A stretch of DNA of 64,000 nucleotides, taken from the NCBI GenBank assembly GCA_009602735.1, contig WELA01003469.1, positions 314,162 through 378,161 on the forward strand, in the 5' to 3' direction. Positions 62,673 through 64,000 of the stretch are shown in pieces. Position 1 is the first letter of the stretch; each line of letters starts with the position of its first letter. The translations under genes were made by a program, and so were the position numbers. The notes under the pieces are model-generated. The model was not told the origin of the DNA, ran no database searches, and was given only the letters and a program-made list of their open reading frames with translations. Source of the DNA: Mesotaenium endlicherianum (lineage: Eukaryota).

Positions 62673-64000
62673 ACGAATAGAAATACATCTACTGCTTCTG
62701 ATCACAGGAGCATCACATTGGAGGTAGTGGATAATAAGAGGAATATTCAAATTTTGATGTCCACAAGGACTGGATATGCATATTTTGCTCCTGACAATGA
62801 GATCTCACTTCATTTCTGCCGGAGGTCAAGTATGAGGATGCCTGTGGTAGGTGTTTGTGCCAGTCAAATATCAGTGTTGCCAGTGTACCACACTTTCGTG
62901 GTTCCTTTGGGAGATGTAGAGCTTTATGCATTCACAATCAGAAGTGATGCAGCATGCAGCTGATACAGTTTATTCTTTGGATTTCCCTCTTATCGCTTTT
63001 GAACATTTTTGCACTGTATAGCATGTGGCCCGTGCACGTATAAGGTGCACAGCTTTGTGTCTAGGTACAATACTTGCAGTTAGATAGGGTCAGTACTTGA
63101 AATCGTACATATCCCTGTTGTATCACTTTTTCGATGAAAACCTTCAAGCTCCACAGCACCGAGGAAAAGTGCATAACATAATAGAGCTTTTCAGATGAAA
63201 ATTCAAAGAGTACTCATTGCAAGAGTGTTTGGTATACTTAAAACGTCTCTACCACTGTAATTACAGATAGTCTCTACCAGCACAATTACCATCCACTATC
63301 ATACAGATGCCAATTTCACACAAAGTTTGGAGTGAATGAAGACGAGTAACAAATCTTATTAAATGTCACATGACATCAAAAACTCTGTATGTATACAGTC
63401 AATAGCATGCGCAAATTGAAGGTTTGCGACATGCAAACCAAAGATTGACAAGGTGTGAAATTTGCCGATACTCGATCCACCTATACCCCTCTGTGCTTCC
63501 TCCTGCAACGCGACATTCATGCAGCAGGAAGTAAGCTGCTCCACTTACCCACCCACCCACTGTTATAAACCCCCGCACATTGGAGTTGCAAGGGATCGGG
63601 CACGAGCCTCATCCTTGTACCAACTTGAGGAGAGACCACAGGGTGATAGAACAGCACAATTGGACCTGACCAAAAAACTACCCGCTGCCTAAGGCACTTG
63701 GATTTTCTGCATAAGACGTATGAACGACCACCTGCCTCTATACCCTGCGAGTAACAGCCATGCGCAGTAGTGTTGTTTTCTCTTATGTGGTACTCTAATG
63801 TCAATTGGCAGTAACCTGCAGAGACTACCCGGCGAACAACTCCAACACAGCATTAGCATGATAATGGCTTTTGCAAGGAGTCGCATCCTTGTCCGATTGC
63901 ACTATGAGTGGCACAGTCGTTGAGCAAGCGTTTCTCAAAAGATTGAGAAGAGTTTTCTTAACATAGTCAGGTCGATATCAACTCTGGCAAATATAAGCTT

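Noticed and set aside
63359..64000. Possible TE or gene remnant at the right edge
   Set aside because: Only short ORFs with no identifiable motif

Overview
Eukaryotic nuclear DNA from the green-plant lineage, probably a streptophyte alga or other non-seed plant (inferred from the land-plant-like beta-amylase and the GC-rich, microsatellite-rich introns). It has two N-gaps. Six spliced host genes are supported: an ABCD-family transporter (minus strand, runs off the left edge), a URI1-like prefoldin, beta-amylase, a fructosamine/ribulosamine 3-kinase, a Zn-type glyoxalase I and a LEA-like hydrophilic protein. About 12-39.6 kb is a nested transposon block. The oldest element is a decayed DNA transposase whose motif spacing matches the RAG1/Transib core; it rejoins in frame once two LTR insertions are removed. 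Four Ty3/gypsy elements sit in or beside it. One is an intact chromovirus with gag, a -1 frameshift signal, pol with a chromodomain, and an unexplained 566-codon third ORF that looks to be expressed by splicing and is far more diverged between copies than the backbone. Also notable: many introns have C-rich 5' ends and G-rich 3' ends with no polypyrimidine tract, and 10-bp-period arrays lie upstream of several genes. All comparisons were made by eye; no searches were run.
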